Assembly (NCBI GenBank): GCA_000091205.1
Contig: AP006499.2
Length of the DNA stretch: 64,000 nt
From: Cyanidioschyzon merolae
Taxonomy: Eukaryota
Direction: 5' to 3' (one strand)
The position numbers and the translations under genes are program-made. The notes beneath the pieces are model-generated. The model saw only the letters and a list, made by a program, of their open reading frames with translations, was not told where the DNA came from and made no database searches. Of this stretch, positions 34,901-46,409 are shown one piece after another (within the stretch, counting starts at the first letter, position 1; every line of letters begins with the position of its first letter).

Positions 34901-35674
34901 ATGGCGTACCGCGGACTTCACGCCTTGTCACAGCCAGCTTATTTAGAGGACTTTATAAACTCAGTTTCGAACCTTCCCCAGGAGTTACGCGACAAATATG
35001 GACGAATGGGAGAGCTCGATGCGCTCGTGCAGCGGTTGAAGAACGAAGCTGACGCGCTCGTTCGGGAGCTGCTGCGAAAGCCTGGCAGTTCAGACCCCGA
35101 CCGAGGTCGCGACACCACTTCGCTGCAGCAAATGGGAACAAAACTTGAGCAGCTGCAAGCTCAGTGTGTAAAGCTCAATCAGGAGAAATTGCAACTCGCC
35201 GAGACGGCGTACAACACGGTGGACCAGCACGTGCGAGACTTGGACACAAAACTGCGGGAATATGAGGCATACCTGCGCCGGGAAGGCCAGTGGCCCGACG
35301 ACCTTCAGAGCCTGGTTGTGAACACCGACCATACGAAAATGGCGTCGATGAAGAACGCTGCTGCTGCTGCTGCGGCAGCACATACTGCAGCGGCTCCTGC
35401 CACGACAGCGCGCTCGACGCAAAAGGCGCCCTCCAAAGGTCAACGCAAGAGTGGCGAACCATCGACATTGCATATCATGGATGATATGCCGATCGATCCG
35501 AATGAACCGCGATACTGCTACTGCCAGAATGTCAGTTACGGGCAAATGGTTGCTTGCGAGAGCGGCGACTGTCCATACGAGTGGTTCCATTTCGAATGCG
35601 TCGGCCTCACTGAACCCCCGAAAGGCGAGTGGATTTGTCCCGACTGCCGAGCCAGAACAGGTCGCGTTCGGTAG
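34901..35674 (+). CDS. ING-family (inhibitor of growth) PHD-finger protein
   Basis: The N-terminal ING/coiled-coil region (YLEDFINSVSNLPQELRDKYGRMGELD...) and the C-terminal PHD finger (PNEPRYCYCQNVSYGQMVACESGDCPYEWFHFECVGLTEPPKGEWICPDCR) closely match ING1-5. The listed ORF starts on GTG about 12 nt upstream. Confidence 0.85.
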   Translation: MAYRGLHALSQPAYLEDFINSVSNLPQELRDKYGRMGELDALVQRLKNEADALVRELLRKPGSSDPDRGRDTTSLQQMGTKLEQLQAQCVKLNQEKLQLAETAYNTVDQHVRDLDTKLREYEAYLRREGQWPDDLQSLVVNTDHTKMASMKNAAAAAAAAHTAAAPATTARSTQKAPSKGQRKSGEPSTLHIMDDMPIDPNEPRYCYCQNVSYGQMVACESGDCPYEWFHFECVGLTEPPKGEWICPDCRARTGRVR

Positions 35675-36620
35675 CGTACCGGGCAACGCACGCTGCTGAG
35701 CGTGATTGTTGACTGGGAGTATACGGCGCTCGCGCGACGAACGCTACACGCAAACGGGGCAAGCGTACCGGAGTGCGGGCAAGGCGCTTGGGTTTGGATT
35801 GCCACGAACCTATGCATCTGCACCGGCGATGCTATAAGATAAATACCCTGTCTTTAGTGCTCAGGCGAGTGCCCGTTTGATGAGATCGAAAACGACTCTG
35901 GGAGTAGAGTGAGCGTGTTCGCGCCCTGCAATCATCGAATCGAGGCAGGGAAACGGCGTGAGATTGCGCACGACTGCCGCTGGACAGGGGCGCTCGCGAA
36001 CACCCTCTTTCGGACGCTGCACCGGGCGGGTCGTCTCGCGCGCACGGCATCGCAACACCTCGCAGGCACCGACGCTGGATCCGCGGATCAGGTGCTTGCT
36101 CGAAGGACAGCACACGGGTTAGGCATATCGCCTGGATGGCATCCATTTCGGGAAGCACGTCCGTGGGTGACGCGCAACTTTGCAGCAGAGCTGTACAGCT
36201 TTTTCTATTGATTCAGTGAGCTTGAAGTATCGGCAAGTCAAGCGTCTGTCACTGCAGTGTGAGCGCTTCGCTTCGCCCGTCCCAGCGGGATGCATATCGA
36301 GTCGATGCGCATACGGAATTCTTTCGAGGGCCGCGGAGCGTGTGCGTGCACCCGGATCACGTGAAGCGCTGGGATCTCGCTGCATGCGCTGATGCCTGGT
36401 TGCTCGCCATCCGGTGGCGCTGTGGCCCTGCGTGCGCCTCCGATCAGCGCAGGATGGAAGCGCGTCGCGCTGGCGACGCCATTTTGGCGGGAATATTGCA
36501 AAGAAGCGCACGCAGTATATCGACACGTATGCGTTGCATCAACGATGCAACGAGCGCCGCATGGACACCAAGGCGGCCACTGGGGAATACCTGTGCCTGG
36601 GGGGCGAACCTCGGTCTCTG

Positions 36621-37859
36621 TTAGAGACCGTTCACGGGGACGGTCGCCGGGGCGCGGGCTCGGAAAAGCTGGCAGCTCACGGTCAAGGGTCGCACGACCA
36701 CTGGTGTGTGTGGGGCAACCAAGCAGGCCATTCCCGGTGAAAGGCGATAACTGTGGTCGATCCCGTGTTGGGAAATTTGTGCCTCGCCTTCTACATCGAG
36801 CAGGATGGAATAACTTGCTGATGACTCTAAATGCAAGTCCGCGGATTCCTCTCCGTGGCGTTCCAGTTCAAGACACTCGAGTTCGAATTCGCAGACCGGG
36901 GCGAGGAAGCGATTCTGAGCATCCCGTTGCAAAATTTGCACCGGGTCTTTGCAGCGATACGTGAGCATCTTGCACAACGTCTCGACGTCCTTATGTTTGT
37001 CGGTCAGTCCCGCCCGAACAACATTATCGCTAGTCGCCATGATTTCCACACAGTCTCCCTCTAGGTACGCGTGTGGCTCATTCGGTTCGATGAAAATGGC
37101 TTGACCAGGTTCTAACCTCACATGATTGAGCAGGAAAGCAGCGAAAATGCCGGCATCGTTTGGGTACTGCTTGAGGAGTCGTAGCGCGAGTGCATGCTCC
37201 GCATCCAGAACATCGGCGGCCTCTAACCGCTGGCGGAGCTGGTGCGCTTGTTGCCGCGAAACGTCTTCGTTTCGCATGAGGGATTCGAAGAGTTTTCGGA
37301 GTCCGTCCGGTGCAGATGGTGAGGAGCAAAACGTTTCCGCATACGCCCCACAAGCGCCACGAAACTCAGGGACCTGCTTCAGTGCTCGGACTATCTCCGC
37401 TACTGGTCGAAAACCGAGGAGCGCCTCGAACTGCCCTGGTCCAAGGCAAACACACATTTCTGGCTTGTGGTTGCCGTCTTTGTAAAGCTCAGGAAACTGC
37501 TTATGCAAAACTTTCGCCAGCGCAATATCCGGGTGCGCCTGAATAGAAAGCGCCCGCTCCACGCTCAGCACTTTCAGAAGAAACGGCAGCGAGCCTGCAG
37601 GAACAAAGATTGAAACGGGAACGCTTTCGTTGGCCTCGGTAACGACGGAGGCCTCTCCAGACGGGTGCGCGCCGAGCCAGAGTTCCGCGTAGGAAACGGA
37701 CTCCGAGACTCGTTCCGACTCCAGTGTCCCTTGAGCGACTGCGTAACGGGCAACCCGCGACCCCATACCACGTCGACCCCAGGCGTAGGTCTGGACGTGG
37801 CCTCGCAGGAGCCAAATACCCTGCTGTTGGCGTTTCGCGTCCACGGAAAGTGCCACCAT
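36621..37859 (-). CDS. Mannose-6-phosphate isomerase, type I
   Basis: VQTYAWG, YAELWLGAHPSGEA, LPFLLKVLSVERALSIQAHPD, GNHKPEMCVCLGPGQFEALLGFRPVAEIV and EPNEPHAYLEGDCVEIMATSDNVVRAGLT are collinear with human MPI and yeast PMI40, including the Zn-ligand positions. The start is ATG at 37857-37859. Confidence 0.88.
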   Translation of the reverse strand: MVALSVDAKRQQQGIWLLRGHVQTYAWGRRGMGSRVARYAVAQGTLESERVSESVSYAELWLGAHPSGEASVVTEANESVPVSIFVPAGSLPFLLKVLSVERALSIQAHPDIALAKVLHKQFPELYKDGNHKPEMCVCLGPGQFEALLGFRPVAEIVRALKQVPEFRGACGAYAETFCSSPSAPDGLRKLFESLMRNEDVSRQQAHQLRQRLEAADVLDAEHALALRLLKQYPNDAGIFAAFLLNHVRLEPGQAIFIEPNEPHAYLEGDCVEIMATSDNVVRAGLTDKHKDVETLCKMLTYRCKDPVQILQRDAQNRFLAPVCEFELECLELERHGEESADLHLESSASYSILLDVEGEAQISQHGIDHSYRLSPGMACLVAPHTPVVVRPLTVSCQLFRARAPATVPVNGL

Positions 37860-38821
37860 CTTGTGCAGATTAGAAACCCCAGAAGAAAAGTAACCGAAAA
37901 GAAGCGTAACGCGGTATGGTTAGATATTGAAGAACTCGTAGAATTGAATATGTGAAATGCTGTTGCCGCGTGAATGGCCGATGCGTTGAATCCTAGACAA
38001 AAAAGACACGTCATGCTGGAATGCCACATAGGCGCCCTCAGCGCACGCCCAAACGTTTTCAGGCTTTCTCGTGGAAAAACCGGTATACGCCGAGGACGAG
38101 TTTCACAGCGGCCTCACGGATAGTGCGAGCTGAGCGAACGCGGACTGGATTGTTCAAGGCGACTGCACCGAGCAGAAACGCGTTTCCCCGGGTAACCTGA
38201 ACCCCGTTGGAGCTCGCGCTCTGGCTTTCGTGCGCAGCCAAACGAGTCTGCAATCGCACCCGAGCTTGACCCAAGTATGTGTCCTGGTGCAGAGCGGTTG
38301 GACTTGGCGCCCGGAGCGACAGATCGACGCGAACGCGCAGTCGAGTGGCTCCTGTTCCAGTCTCGGTTGCAGGAGCACTCGAAGAGAGCGCCGCTGACGC
38401 GCCCTGTGGCCCGGAGTCCTCTCGAGGAGCGACTGCAGGCTTTCCTACCGGAGATGCAAGCTGAAAACGCAGCATTGTTTGAGAAGATGCGAAAAGGCAC
38501 AGCTGTCGCCGTCGATACTGACTTCAGCACAGCAGATGCGCCTGAGGACGAGTGCGATGTTCCAACTGTTGAAGTGCTTCTGGTCACAGCTTCTGCTCAT
38601 GCCCAAGATACAGTAGAAGCTGCCGCACCGCAACGTCTGGTGCAAGTTCTGGGCCAGGGAGACGCCGAGCAGTGCCTGATGACCGGTGAGCAACCTCGAG
38701 CGACGCCCATGGAGGCGCCCGTCGGCAAGGCTCCACATCCAGGTGCCGCTTCACGCATGCGGAAAGCGAACCGCCATGATGAGCCTTAGGGAATCGCTTT
38801 GGAAAATAAGAGGTTCTGCGT

Positions 38822-39943
38822 TTACAAGAGCGGCGTTCGGAGCAAGTCGTAGCAGCTGTAGGCCAATAGGCCGTAGAGAACCGATACACACAGCAGGTAC
38901 TGCCAAGAACGTCGTGTTTTCCGCGGCAAACGATCCAGAGCAAGCATTAGCGCAGCGGTCAGAATGTACCGAGCGGCGTGGATGAAGCCCTCCGCAGCAA
39001 GTGCGTCCGGAGGAACAGGCCCCCGTCGACGAGCGTATGGGTTTGTGCTCCGAACTCGAATACGCTCGCCATCCCAGACGAACAGAGGCGTTCCTTGAAT
39101 GATCCATCCATGGCCACCGCCAAGCGCAAATGCGTAAAGAAGCAGCACAAAAGCGAGCCATGTTCCCGTTCGCTGATACCATCGCCACCGCCAGCCCAAA
39201 TAGAGTCCAGCGACGAACAGAGAGAGTACCAGTAGCCAATGGCGTCGCAAGGTTGGCACGACGTAGACAGGTCCACCGACACGAAGGCGCAGCGGTGGTT
39301 GCCTCCCGAGGCGTTGCATATCGGCATTCACTTGCCGCATAACCCATTCGGCGAAAGCCTTGCGATCCATCCCATCGCCAGCCGGAGGAGGTCCCGGGCG
39401 GAAACGAGCGTACTCTGCGTCAGGAGCGATGTCGGCATTCGCTGGAATGTAGAGAACTGAGGGCAACAGAGGGATTTTCAGTTTCTGAAGCCAGGGCACG
39501 AACTCGTTTCGGTTCTTTGAGGTCAAGTCGACCATGAGGGTAAACACTGGGAGCTGGCCTCTAGCTTCGTACCGGGCGTTTGAGCGCTTCACGAGGCGGG
39601 CGACCAGCTCGAGGTTGTGGCGCATGTATGCACAGAGGCCGCAGTTGGACTCCTGCTCCGTCGCCGTGACGAACAACAAGACTCCAAAAGGTCGCTCTTT
39701 TGATCCGAAGACAGTACGCTCCAGGCTAGATGCTCGTCGGACAGGAATGACGCCCGTTTCATAGTTTTGACGCAAGTCCTTCAAACGTTGCACAACTTCG
39801 GTTGCAGCGCTGGCGGTAGAAGCTGCAGCAGCAGCACCGAAAGCGGCCTGGTTTCCAGGTGCGCCCTTCGGTTCCACGCTTACGCAGCACATACATAGAG
39901 CGAGTAAGAGTGCCGTCCAGCCGAAAGCTTTTCGCGCAAGCAT
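38822..39943 (-). CDS. OST3/OST6 family protein (TUSC3/MagT1-like oligosaccharyltransferase subunit)
   Basis: Signal-peptide-like MLARKAFGWTALLLALCMCC is followed by a thioredoxin-like luminal domain with a CxxC motif (VLLFVTATEQESNCGLCAYMRHNLEL, compare TUSC3 [23 protein letters not shown]), then four predicted transmembrane helices. The listed ORF starts on GTG at 40105; the first ATG is at 39941-39943. Confidence 0.65.
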   Translation of the reverse strand: MLARKAFGWTALLLALCMCCVSVEPKGAPGNQAAFGAAAAASTASAATEVVQRLKDLRQNYETGVIPVRRASSLERTVFGSKERPFGVLLFVTATEQESNCGLCAYMRHNLELVARLVKRSNARYEARGQLPVFTLMVDLTSKNRNEFVPWLQKLKIPLLPSVLYIPANADIAPDAEYARFRPGPPPAGDGMDRKAFAEWVMRQVNADMQRLGRQPPLRLRVGGPVYVVPTLRRHWLLVLSLFVAGLYLGWRWRWYQRTGTWLAFVLLLYAFALGGGHGWIIQGTPLFVWDGERIRVRSTNPYARRRGPVPPDALAAEGFIHAARYILTAALMLALDRLPRKTRRSWQYLLCVSVLYGLLAYSCYDLLRTPLL

Positions 39944-41089
39944 CGAGTTTAATATGATTAGATGATCGGCAGTGTCGTTGCACAGGTAGCCTTGCGCAAC
40001 TCGAGTAAACACATCCAGCAAGCACTCGGGCTTGTTGGACGTTGTCTGCCGCTGTTGGACCTCTCGTGACCCTACGCACCTTGCAGGCCTCCTTTGATCC
40101 AGCACTAGACTGACGCTTTCTCAAAAAGGCCGCAGATGAAAGCACCAGATCTTCGTTACGCTGTTCTTTCTGAGCACGCCCGACGGCGAGCGCGCCGCAA
40201 CGGTTCCATCTCCAGTGGGGGGTACAACGGGGGCGGCACCCAGCGGACGTTGGCAGAGGCACGTTTCCGAAATTGGTATCAGGTGTGCCCCCGAAGACCC
40301 GAATTTCTTCCGTTCATCGTGGGAAGCATTCGTCTATCATTAATTTCATCGAAAGCGAATCGTTTCCGTTTAGAAAAGCGCAAATTACGCATCATCAGGC
40401 CATCGTATACGCGACTGTGGCGCTCTCTGGCCGGCATAGGCGCGCGCTCCGACAACGCTGCTATGGGGTCTGTTGATGCGCTTGATTGCCTCGTAGAAAG
40501 CAGTCCAGGCGAAATCCAGGTGTCGCCCAAATGGTGACGTCAGCCCATGGTCATTGCATTTGGATTAGACTGGAGGAACTAGCGCCTGCAGGTTTGAAAG
40601 TGCGCCCTGTCCTGCAGACGCTTCGAATACGACATCTCGACAGTATCGCTCCGCGAGTCATGGGTAAAGCACAGGACGAAACGCTTCAGCGTGCCGTCCA
40701 TCCGTATTTCACATGATTCGAGGCTTCGTCCTGAACAGTAGCCGTGTCTGAGCGGGAGGACGCGCCTTGGTTATGTATGCTAGCGGATCAAGTCGTGTCA
40801 TGCAGGCATCATCAATGCTCAGCGGACCATTGGATAAGCATTTTGGGAACAGATATGGGATAGCATCCCGCAGAAGAAGCGCAGCACTCTGGAGTACCTC
40901 TGCCCCGGTGTCCATGAACGCAGGTTCGTGGAGCGCGCTGTGCATTTCACGAAACAAACTACATCTCGACGTGCCATATGGACCCTTCCGTTGCCGATCA
41001 ATCCCGCTGGCGCAGCGGTTCGTGACGTGCTTTCAGCGGGCGCGCAGACGCTACGTCCTCTACTTCACCACTCGTCCCAGTCCATGCAA

Positions 41090-41527
41090 CTATGCATCCT
41101 GCATGTTATTCAGAGCGCCCTCAAGTTCAGCATTGATCGTGGCGAACTGATTCTGGTTAATGTGATTTTGCTCCAAGCCGGTTTCATTCGGCATGATCTG
41201 AGCGCCCATGGAGTGCATGACAGCGGCTTGACTCTGGAGACCGCTCATCATCGAAGCCATCCCAGACTGAGCGGTAGAAGTAGCACTCGATGTGCCTGTG
41301 ACTGGAAGCACCGTTTGCGCTCCTGGTCCGAACCGCACAGAGAAGGCGCCCAGCGGTGACACCGACGCCCTCGGCAGCGCGCTCCAGTCCTGTCTTGCCG
41401 GAGACGGCACTGCAGCGACGGATCCGATCGAAGGTTCAGGTTGTGCTGCGGTGCAAATGGACCCGAGGTGCAACAGTAGCCACGCAACAAGCAGGATCAC
41501 GTTGCGCAACGAATGGATAGAGGCCAT
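41090..41527 (-). CDS. Candidate small secreted protein (145 aa; signal peptide plus Ser/Ala/Gln-rich low complexity)
   Basis: The N-terminus MASIHSLRNVILLVAWLLLHLGSICTAAQPEP looks like a signal peptide. There is no homology support, and it lies in the 2.6 kb divergent intergenic region. Confidence 0.25.
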   Translation of the reverse strand: MASIHSLRNVILLVAWLLLHLGSICTAAQPEPSIGSVAAVPSPARQDWSALPRASVSPLGAFSVRFGPGAQTVLPVTGTSSATSTAQSGMASMMSGLQSQAAVMHSMGAQIMPNETGLEQNHINQNQFATINAELEGALNNMQDA

Positions 41528-42722
41528 TTGAAAGGACAGATCCTAGCTACAAAGACGCAAATAGGTATTGGCGCTAAACGAAGACCCAGAAGTTGCTTTC
41601 AACGCTGGGGCACTGACGAGAACAGGGTCCGCGCGTTCACCTGTCGTGAGAAAGAGGACACGCGTCCACCCAGAGCGCTGTCAAGCGCAGCGCACTCCTG
41701 AACGCTTAAAAGCCACTGCGCGCCCACGAGCCCGCTTTCCAAACTCTCAGCACGTTCCTCTGTGCGTAACAATGTTATTTACCAGAAAAAAACGCTTCGT
41801 CTGACTTGAGCAGCGCCTCGTCTCAAACCTTCCACTACAGAGTTTTTCCTACAAGTCGCATTTTAGCTATTTGTGACGCCCGCATCCCAAAGCGCGTTGC
41901 TTCCGTGCGCGCCCCGCACACGGATGCCGCCGCTGTTTAGCATGCGTGTCCGCGGCGTCGAATGCCGCCGCATGCCGAATGAACAGTCTACCAGCGATTG
42001 GGACATAATGGACACCGCCGCTCGAGTCGCCGCTGATCCACCAGCACCACGACATGGACCGGGGGCCTCCCTGGACTGCGCGATAGCAAGCGACATCCGG
42101 GAAGGCGCGCACCACTCTACGCCCCAGCTCCGAGTTCCATTGTTCATACTTCTCATCGGATATGCTGGTCATGTCGTGCGTTCTGTTGTGCCCTGAGTCT
42201 GCAGTGAGCGTTCACTAAAGCGCCCATAGCGACACTGCGAACGCTGCACGGAGACAAAGCGGCTTTGCCAAGCCACTGAGGGGAAGTTGGCTCGAGAAGC
42301 GGCTGCGCATCAAGCGTTACAGGAAAACTCCACTGGAGTTTCGGCAGTGCGAATACCAACATTCCTGGATCGACCAAGCCTCTGTTCACGAGGAGGCAGC
42401 ATCCTCGCATTAGAGCAACGTGGTCCTGGTTCTTGGGGAGCGGAGCTTGCTTCCCTGGGCATTCGTAGCGCTCAGGCATCGGGGAGCGTATCCGGTCAGG
42501 TGTGTTGTGATGTCAGCGCCATGGGGGCAGATGGCGTGCGCGCGCTCCCGCGTCGGCCGCAGCATAGCGTTGACAGCAGGAAACTGCGCGCTTCCATACA
42601 ACGAAGTCTGTACCTGGAAACACTGGTGTTTGTGTCTCGGCACCAGAGACTGAGTACGTGAAGCACTGAGGAATCTTGAATATATAGCAGTGATCCTTGA
42701 ACGAGTCCAAGGTGTAGTACAC

Positions 42723-45700
42723 ATGACGGTGGAAGGCTCTTTAAAGGGCGACGCTGCTGCACCCGTGGCAGACGCGGAGCCTGCAGCGTCTCCTCGGAAC
42801 GAACCGGAAGCAGCGCCTGGTCCGCCCTCACCGGACACGTCGAGGCGACTCAACCATGAATTGGCGAAACAAAATGCAGAAGTTGCAAGAGACACACAGT
42901 GGTCGACGCGTCAACGCCTCAAGTACCTGGTTTTGAGGTACGATATCTTCGCACACTTTTTATCGAGCGGATCACTCGCGAAGCAGAAACTTGTGGAAGC
43001 TGCCGGCTCCGTGGAAACCGCTTCTCCCGGAGAAGGAGCAGCGGGAGGTACTCCCGGTCGGCGTCGTCTGACGGAACGCGAAGAGGACGCGCTCCTGCTT
43101 GAAGCGGACGAGGAAGGGCATAGCGAGTCGGTACACTTGACGGTGCAGCCACCAGGCATACGTGGAACGATGCGGCCATACCAGATCGAGGGCCTAAACT
43201 GGCTAGTCCGACTGCATCAGCACGGCATCAACGGCATTCTTGCGGACGAAATGGGTCTCGGCAAGACGCTGCAGACCATTGCCCTGCTAGCGTTTCTGAA
43301 GGTATACAAAGGCATCCGCGGACCGCACTTGGTGATCGCGCCCAAGTCCACGCTCGGGAACTGGAATCTGGAGTTTGAGAAATTCTGCCCAGATTTCCGC
43401 GTCGTTCGTTTTCACGGGGACCAGGAAGAGCGAGCCCGAGTAGCCGCGTCGCAGCTCATTGTGAATCGGTTTGACGTTTGCGTTACCAGTTATGAGATTG
43501 CGATCCTTGAAAAGGCGGTGCTGCGTAAGTTTCATTGGCGTTATCTCATTATTGATGAAGCGCACCGCATCAAGAATGAGAACTCAGTACTCAGCCAGGT
43601 GGTGCGCATGTACAATTCTCAGAATCGTCTTTTGATCACCGGTACACCGCTGCAAAATAACTTGCATGAGCTCTGGGCGCTGTTGAATTTTCTGCTCCCT
43701 GATGTGTTCAGCTCTTCGGAGGATTTCGACGCCTGGTTTGAGCAAGTAGAGGGAACCACTGAGGAGGACGCCAAGGCAGAAATGGTTCGTCAATTGCATG
43801 CCGTTCTTCGGCCGTTTCTCCTGCGTCGCCTCAAGTCAGAAGTAGCGCGAGAGCTGCCGCCGAAAAAGGAGAGAATCGTATTCGTTCGCTTGACGAAAAT
43901 GCAGCATGAGTTGTATCGGTCCCTGCTTAAGAAAGATGTGGATGCAATTAGCGGGCAAGGCGGCGACCGCGCTCGACTGCTGAACATCCTAATGCAGCTG
44001 CGCAAGTGCTGCAATCACCCGTATCTATTCGAAGGCGTTGAAGATCGCACCTTGGATCCGTTTGGTGAGCATGTTGTGCAGAACAGTGCAAAATTGGCGT
44101 TGCTAGACAAACTGTTACCTCGCTTGCGCGCTGAGGGGCATCGGGTTTTGATCTTTTCTCAGATGACGCGTATGCTGGACATTTTGGAGGACTACTGCTG
44201 TGAGCAGATGCGAGGGTATCCGTACTGCCGTATCGACGGCTCGACGGATAGCGAAACGCGCGAGCGCATGATCGAGGAATTCAACGCAGAAGGAAGCGAC
44301 AAGTTTATCTTCTTGTTATCGACGCGCGCCGGGGGTCTCGGCATCAATCTGGCCTCAGCTGATACCGTGATTCTGTATGACTCAGACTGGAATCCGCAAG
44401 TTGATTTGCAAGCGATGGATCGTGCCCACCGCATTGGACAGAAGCGGCCTGTTACGGTGCTGCGTCTCATTTGTGAGTCAACAGTCGAAGAGCGCATTCT
44501 GCGCCGAGCCTTAATGAAGCTCAAGATAGACAACATGGTCATCCAGCAGGGCAGGCTGGTGGAGGGCCAGAAAGCGCTTGCTCGAGGCGAAGTGCTCGAC
44601 ATGATTCGATTCGGTGCAGATTCCTTCTTCCGAGCGGACGCACAAGACTTCAAAGACGAGGACCTGGATGAAATCCTGCAACGCGCCGAAGCAAAGACCA
44701 AAGAGGTAACCGAAAGCATGGAAGAAGAGGCTCGGAAACGGAGCCAGCATGGGCTCAACCTCATGGATTTCAAAATGAGCGATGACGTCGGCTCCGTCTA
44801 CCAATTCGAGGGAAAGGACTGGTCGGCAGAGGCAGCGTCATCGGCTAAGAATTTCTTCTTCCTCGATGTGGGCAAGCGAGAGCGCCGGAACACAATCAAA
44901 TCCTACGATGAAGCGGCCTACTTCCGCGAAGCACTGTATCACGGCGGTGCCAGCGGCGATGTAGGTAGCACCCAACCACAACCAAAGCAGCGCATGCGCC
45001 TGCCGCCCGAACCCAAAGTCTATGACTGGCAATTCTTCAACGTCGATCGCATCATGGAGTTGTACGAGAAAGAGCGCCAAATAATTGATGAATACAATCG
45101 AACATGCGAGAATCTGACTGAAGATCAGATGCCGCCGGAGCCGGAGCCTCTTTCGCCGAGCGAACGTGCGGAGCTCGAGCGTCTGCTTCAAGAAGGTTTC
45201 AGTAACTGGCGGTATCGCGAGTTCCAGCAGTTTCTGCGGGCTTGTGAGCGCCACGGCCGCCACAACATAGAAGCGATTGCTGCCGATCTCGCACAGGTGA
45301 AAACCTTCGACGAAGTTAAGGAGTATGCGGAAGCGTTTTGGAGACTGGGTCCGGACCATATCCGTGACTGGCCACGCCTCCTTGAGCAGATCGAGCAAGG
45401 TGAAGCACGTGTGGCCAAGCGGGAAGAGATGGAGCGAGCGCTGCGGAACAAAATAGCACGTTATGCGGATCCATGGAACGAGCTCGAGTTACCCGCTTCT
45501 GTCCAAGGTAAGGTGTTCTCCGATGAGGAGGATCGCTTCCTTCTCATTATGGTGAATAACCTCGGTTACGGACGCTGGGAGGAGCTCAAGATGGAAATTC
45601 GTCGCAGCTGGCGTTTCCGTTTTGACTGGTTGATCAAATCTCGCTCAGCTGTAGAACTGAAGCGGCGTGTTGACGTCCTACTCCGAGCTATTGAACGGGA

Positions 45701-46046
45701 GAATGCCGAGTTCGAAAAAGCCGAAGCTGCAGCCGCGAATCGTAAGAAGCACGCCCAGGTTCGTAGCGTACGTCGCGTCAAATCCGAGGCAAGTTCGAGC
45801 GAAAAGGAAAGCGCACACAACGACAGCCGCACCACAAAGCGTGCAGCGGCAGGGAAAGCGTCTGAGCAGAAGCCCACGGCAAACGCCAAGCGTAAGGCAT
45901 CGTCAAGCACCGTGACGACCTTGGACTCCACGTCCAAGCGCTCGAAACGCCCCAACACCGACTCCGTGACCGCGACGAGCGAGAAGCGCTCTACCGGACC
46001 CATCGAACGGTACGCTCGTCGCAAAGGCACTACAAAAGCAGCCTGA
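42723..46046 (+). CDS. ISWI-type SNF2-family chromatin-remodeling ATPase
   Basis: Helicase motifs GILADEMGLGKTLQTIALLAFL, DEAHRIKN and LLITGTPLQNNLHELWALLNFLLPDVF are present, plus the C-terminal helicase domain (LIFSQMTRMLDILEDY...DWNPQVDLQAMDRAHRIGQKRPV) and the HAND-SANT-SLIDE region. The listed ORF starts on GTG at 42690; the first ATG is at 42723. Confidence 0.9.
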   Translation: MTVEGSLKGDAAAPVADAEPAASPRNEPEAAPGPPSPDTSRRLNHELAKQNAEVARDTQWSTRQRLKYLVLRYDIFAHFLSSGSLAKQKLVEAAGSVETASPGEGAAGGTPGRRRLTEREEDALLLEADEEGHSESVHLTVQPPGIRGTMRPYQIEGLNWLVRLHQHGINGILADEMGLGKTLQTIALLAFLKVYKGIRGPHLVIAPKSTLGNWNLEFEKFCPDFRVVRFHGDQEERARVAASQLIVNRFDVCVTSYEIAILEKAVLRKFHWRYLIIDEAHRIKNENSVLSQVVRMYNSQNRLLITGTPLQNNLHELWALLNFLLPDVFSSSEDFDAWFEQVEGTTEEDAKAEMVRQLHAVLRPFLLRRLKSEVARELPPKKERIVFVRLTKMQHELYRSLLKKDVDAISGQGGDRARLLNILMQLRKCCNHPYLFEGVEDRTLDPFGEHVVQNSAKLALLDKLLPRLRAEGHRVLIFSQMTRMLDILEDYCCEQMRGYPYCRIDGSTDSETRERMIEEFNAEGSDKFIFLLSTRAGGLGINLASADTVILYDSDWNPQVDLQAMDRAHRIGQKRPVTVLRLICESTVEERILRRALMKLKIDNMVIQQGRLVEGQKALARGEVLDMIRFGADSFFRADAQDFKDEDLDEILQRAEAKTKEVTESMEEEARKRSQHGLNLMDFKMSDDVGSVYQFEGKDWSAEAASSAKNFFFLDVGKRERRNTIKSYDEAAYFREALYHGGASGDVGSTQPQPKQRMRLPPEPKVYDWQFFNVDRIMELYEKERQIIDEYNRTCENLTEDQMPPEPEPLSPSERAELERLLQEGFSNWRYREFQQFLRACERHGRHNIEAIAADLAQVKTFDEVKEYAEAFWRLGPDHIRDWPRLLEQIEQGEARVAKREEMERALRNKIARYADPWNELELPASVQGKVFSDEEDRFLLIMVNNLGYGRWEELKMEIRRSWRFRFDWLIKSRSAVELKRRVDVLLRAIERENAEFEKAEAAAANRKKHAQVRSVRRVKSEASSSEKESAHNDSRTTKRAAAGKASEQKPTANAKRKASSSTVTTLDSTSKRSKRPNTDSVTATSEKRSTGPIERYARRKGTTKAA

Positions 46047-46409
46047 ATAGCTCAGAACGTTTTCCACAGGTTAAGATTGATGCGTGGTACGAGTAGTCTT
46101 CACGGAAACGCGCAGTGATCGGCAATCAATGCGTCGATTCCCGTTCCGCTCGGAGAACCAGCCCCGCACATGGTGCTCAGCGTATCCGAGCGATCTGGTG
46201 CTGCCTCTATGCTGTGAACTTGTGGCGTCAGACATGGTGCTTAGGCGTTTTATGTCCAACGCAACGACATGGCGACGAATGCGTGTATGGAGCGAGCGTG
46301 CCGCTCTCGAGACGCGTTCCTTTCGAGCAGTGCTTCAACGCTGCCGACTACCTTGCCCACGATATCGTTGACGGACGAGGGTTCATGGAACAAGAATGGT
46401 TCGCCACCA

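Noticed and set aside
35090-35686. Long antisense ORFs overlapping the ING gene, and similar ones inside other genes (for example 6906..7442 and 5026..5535 within the 2033-aa gene)
   Set aside because: High GC content depletes stop codons on the opposite strand. The sense strands carry the recognisable conserved proteins.
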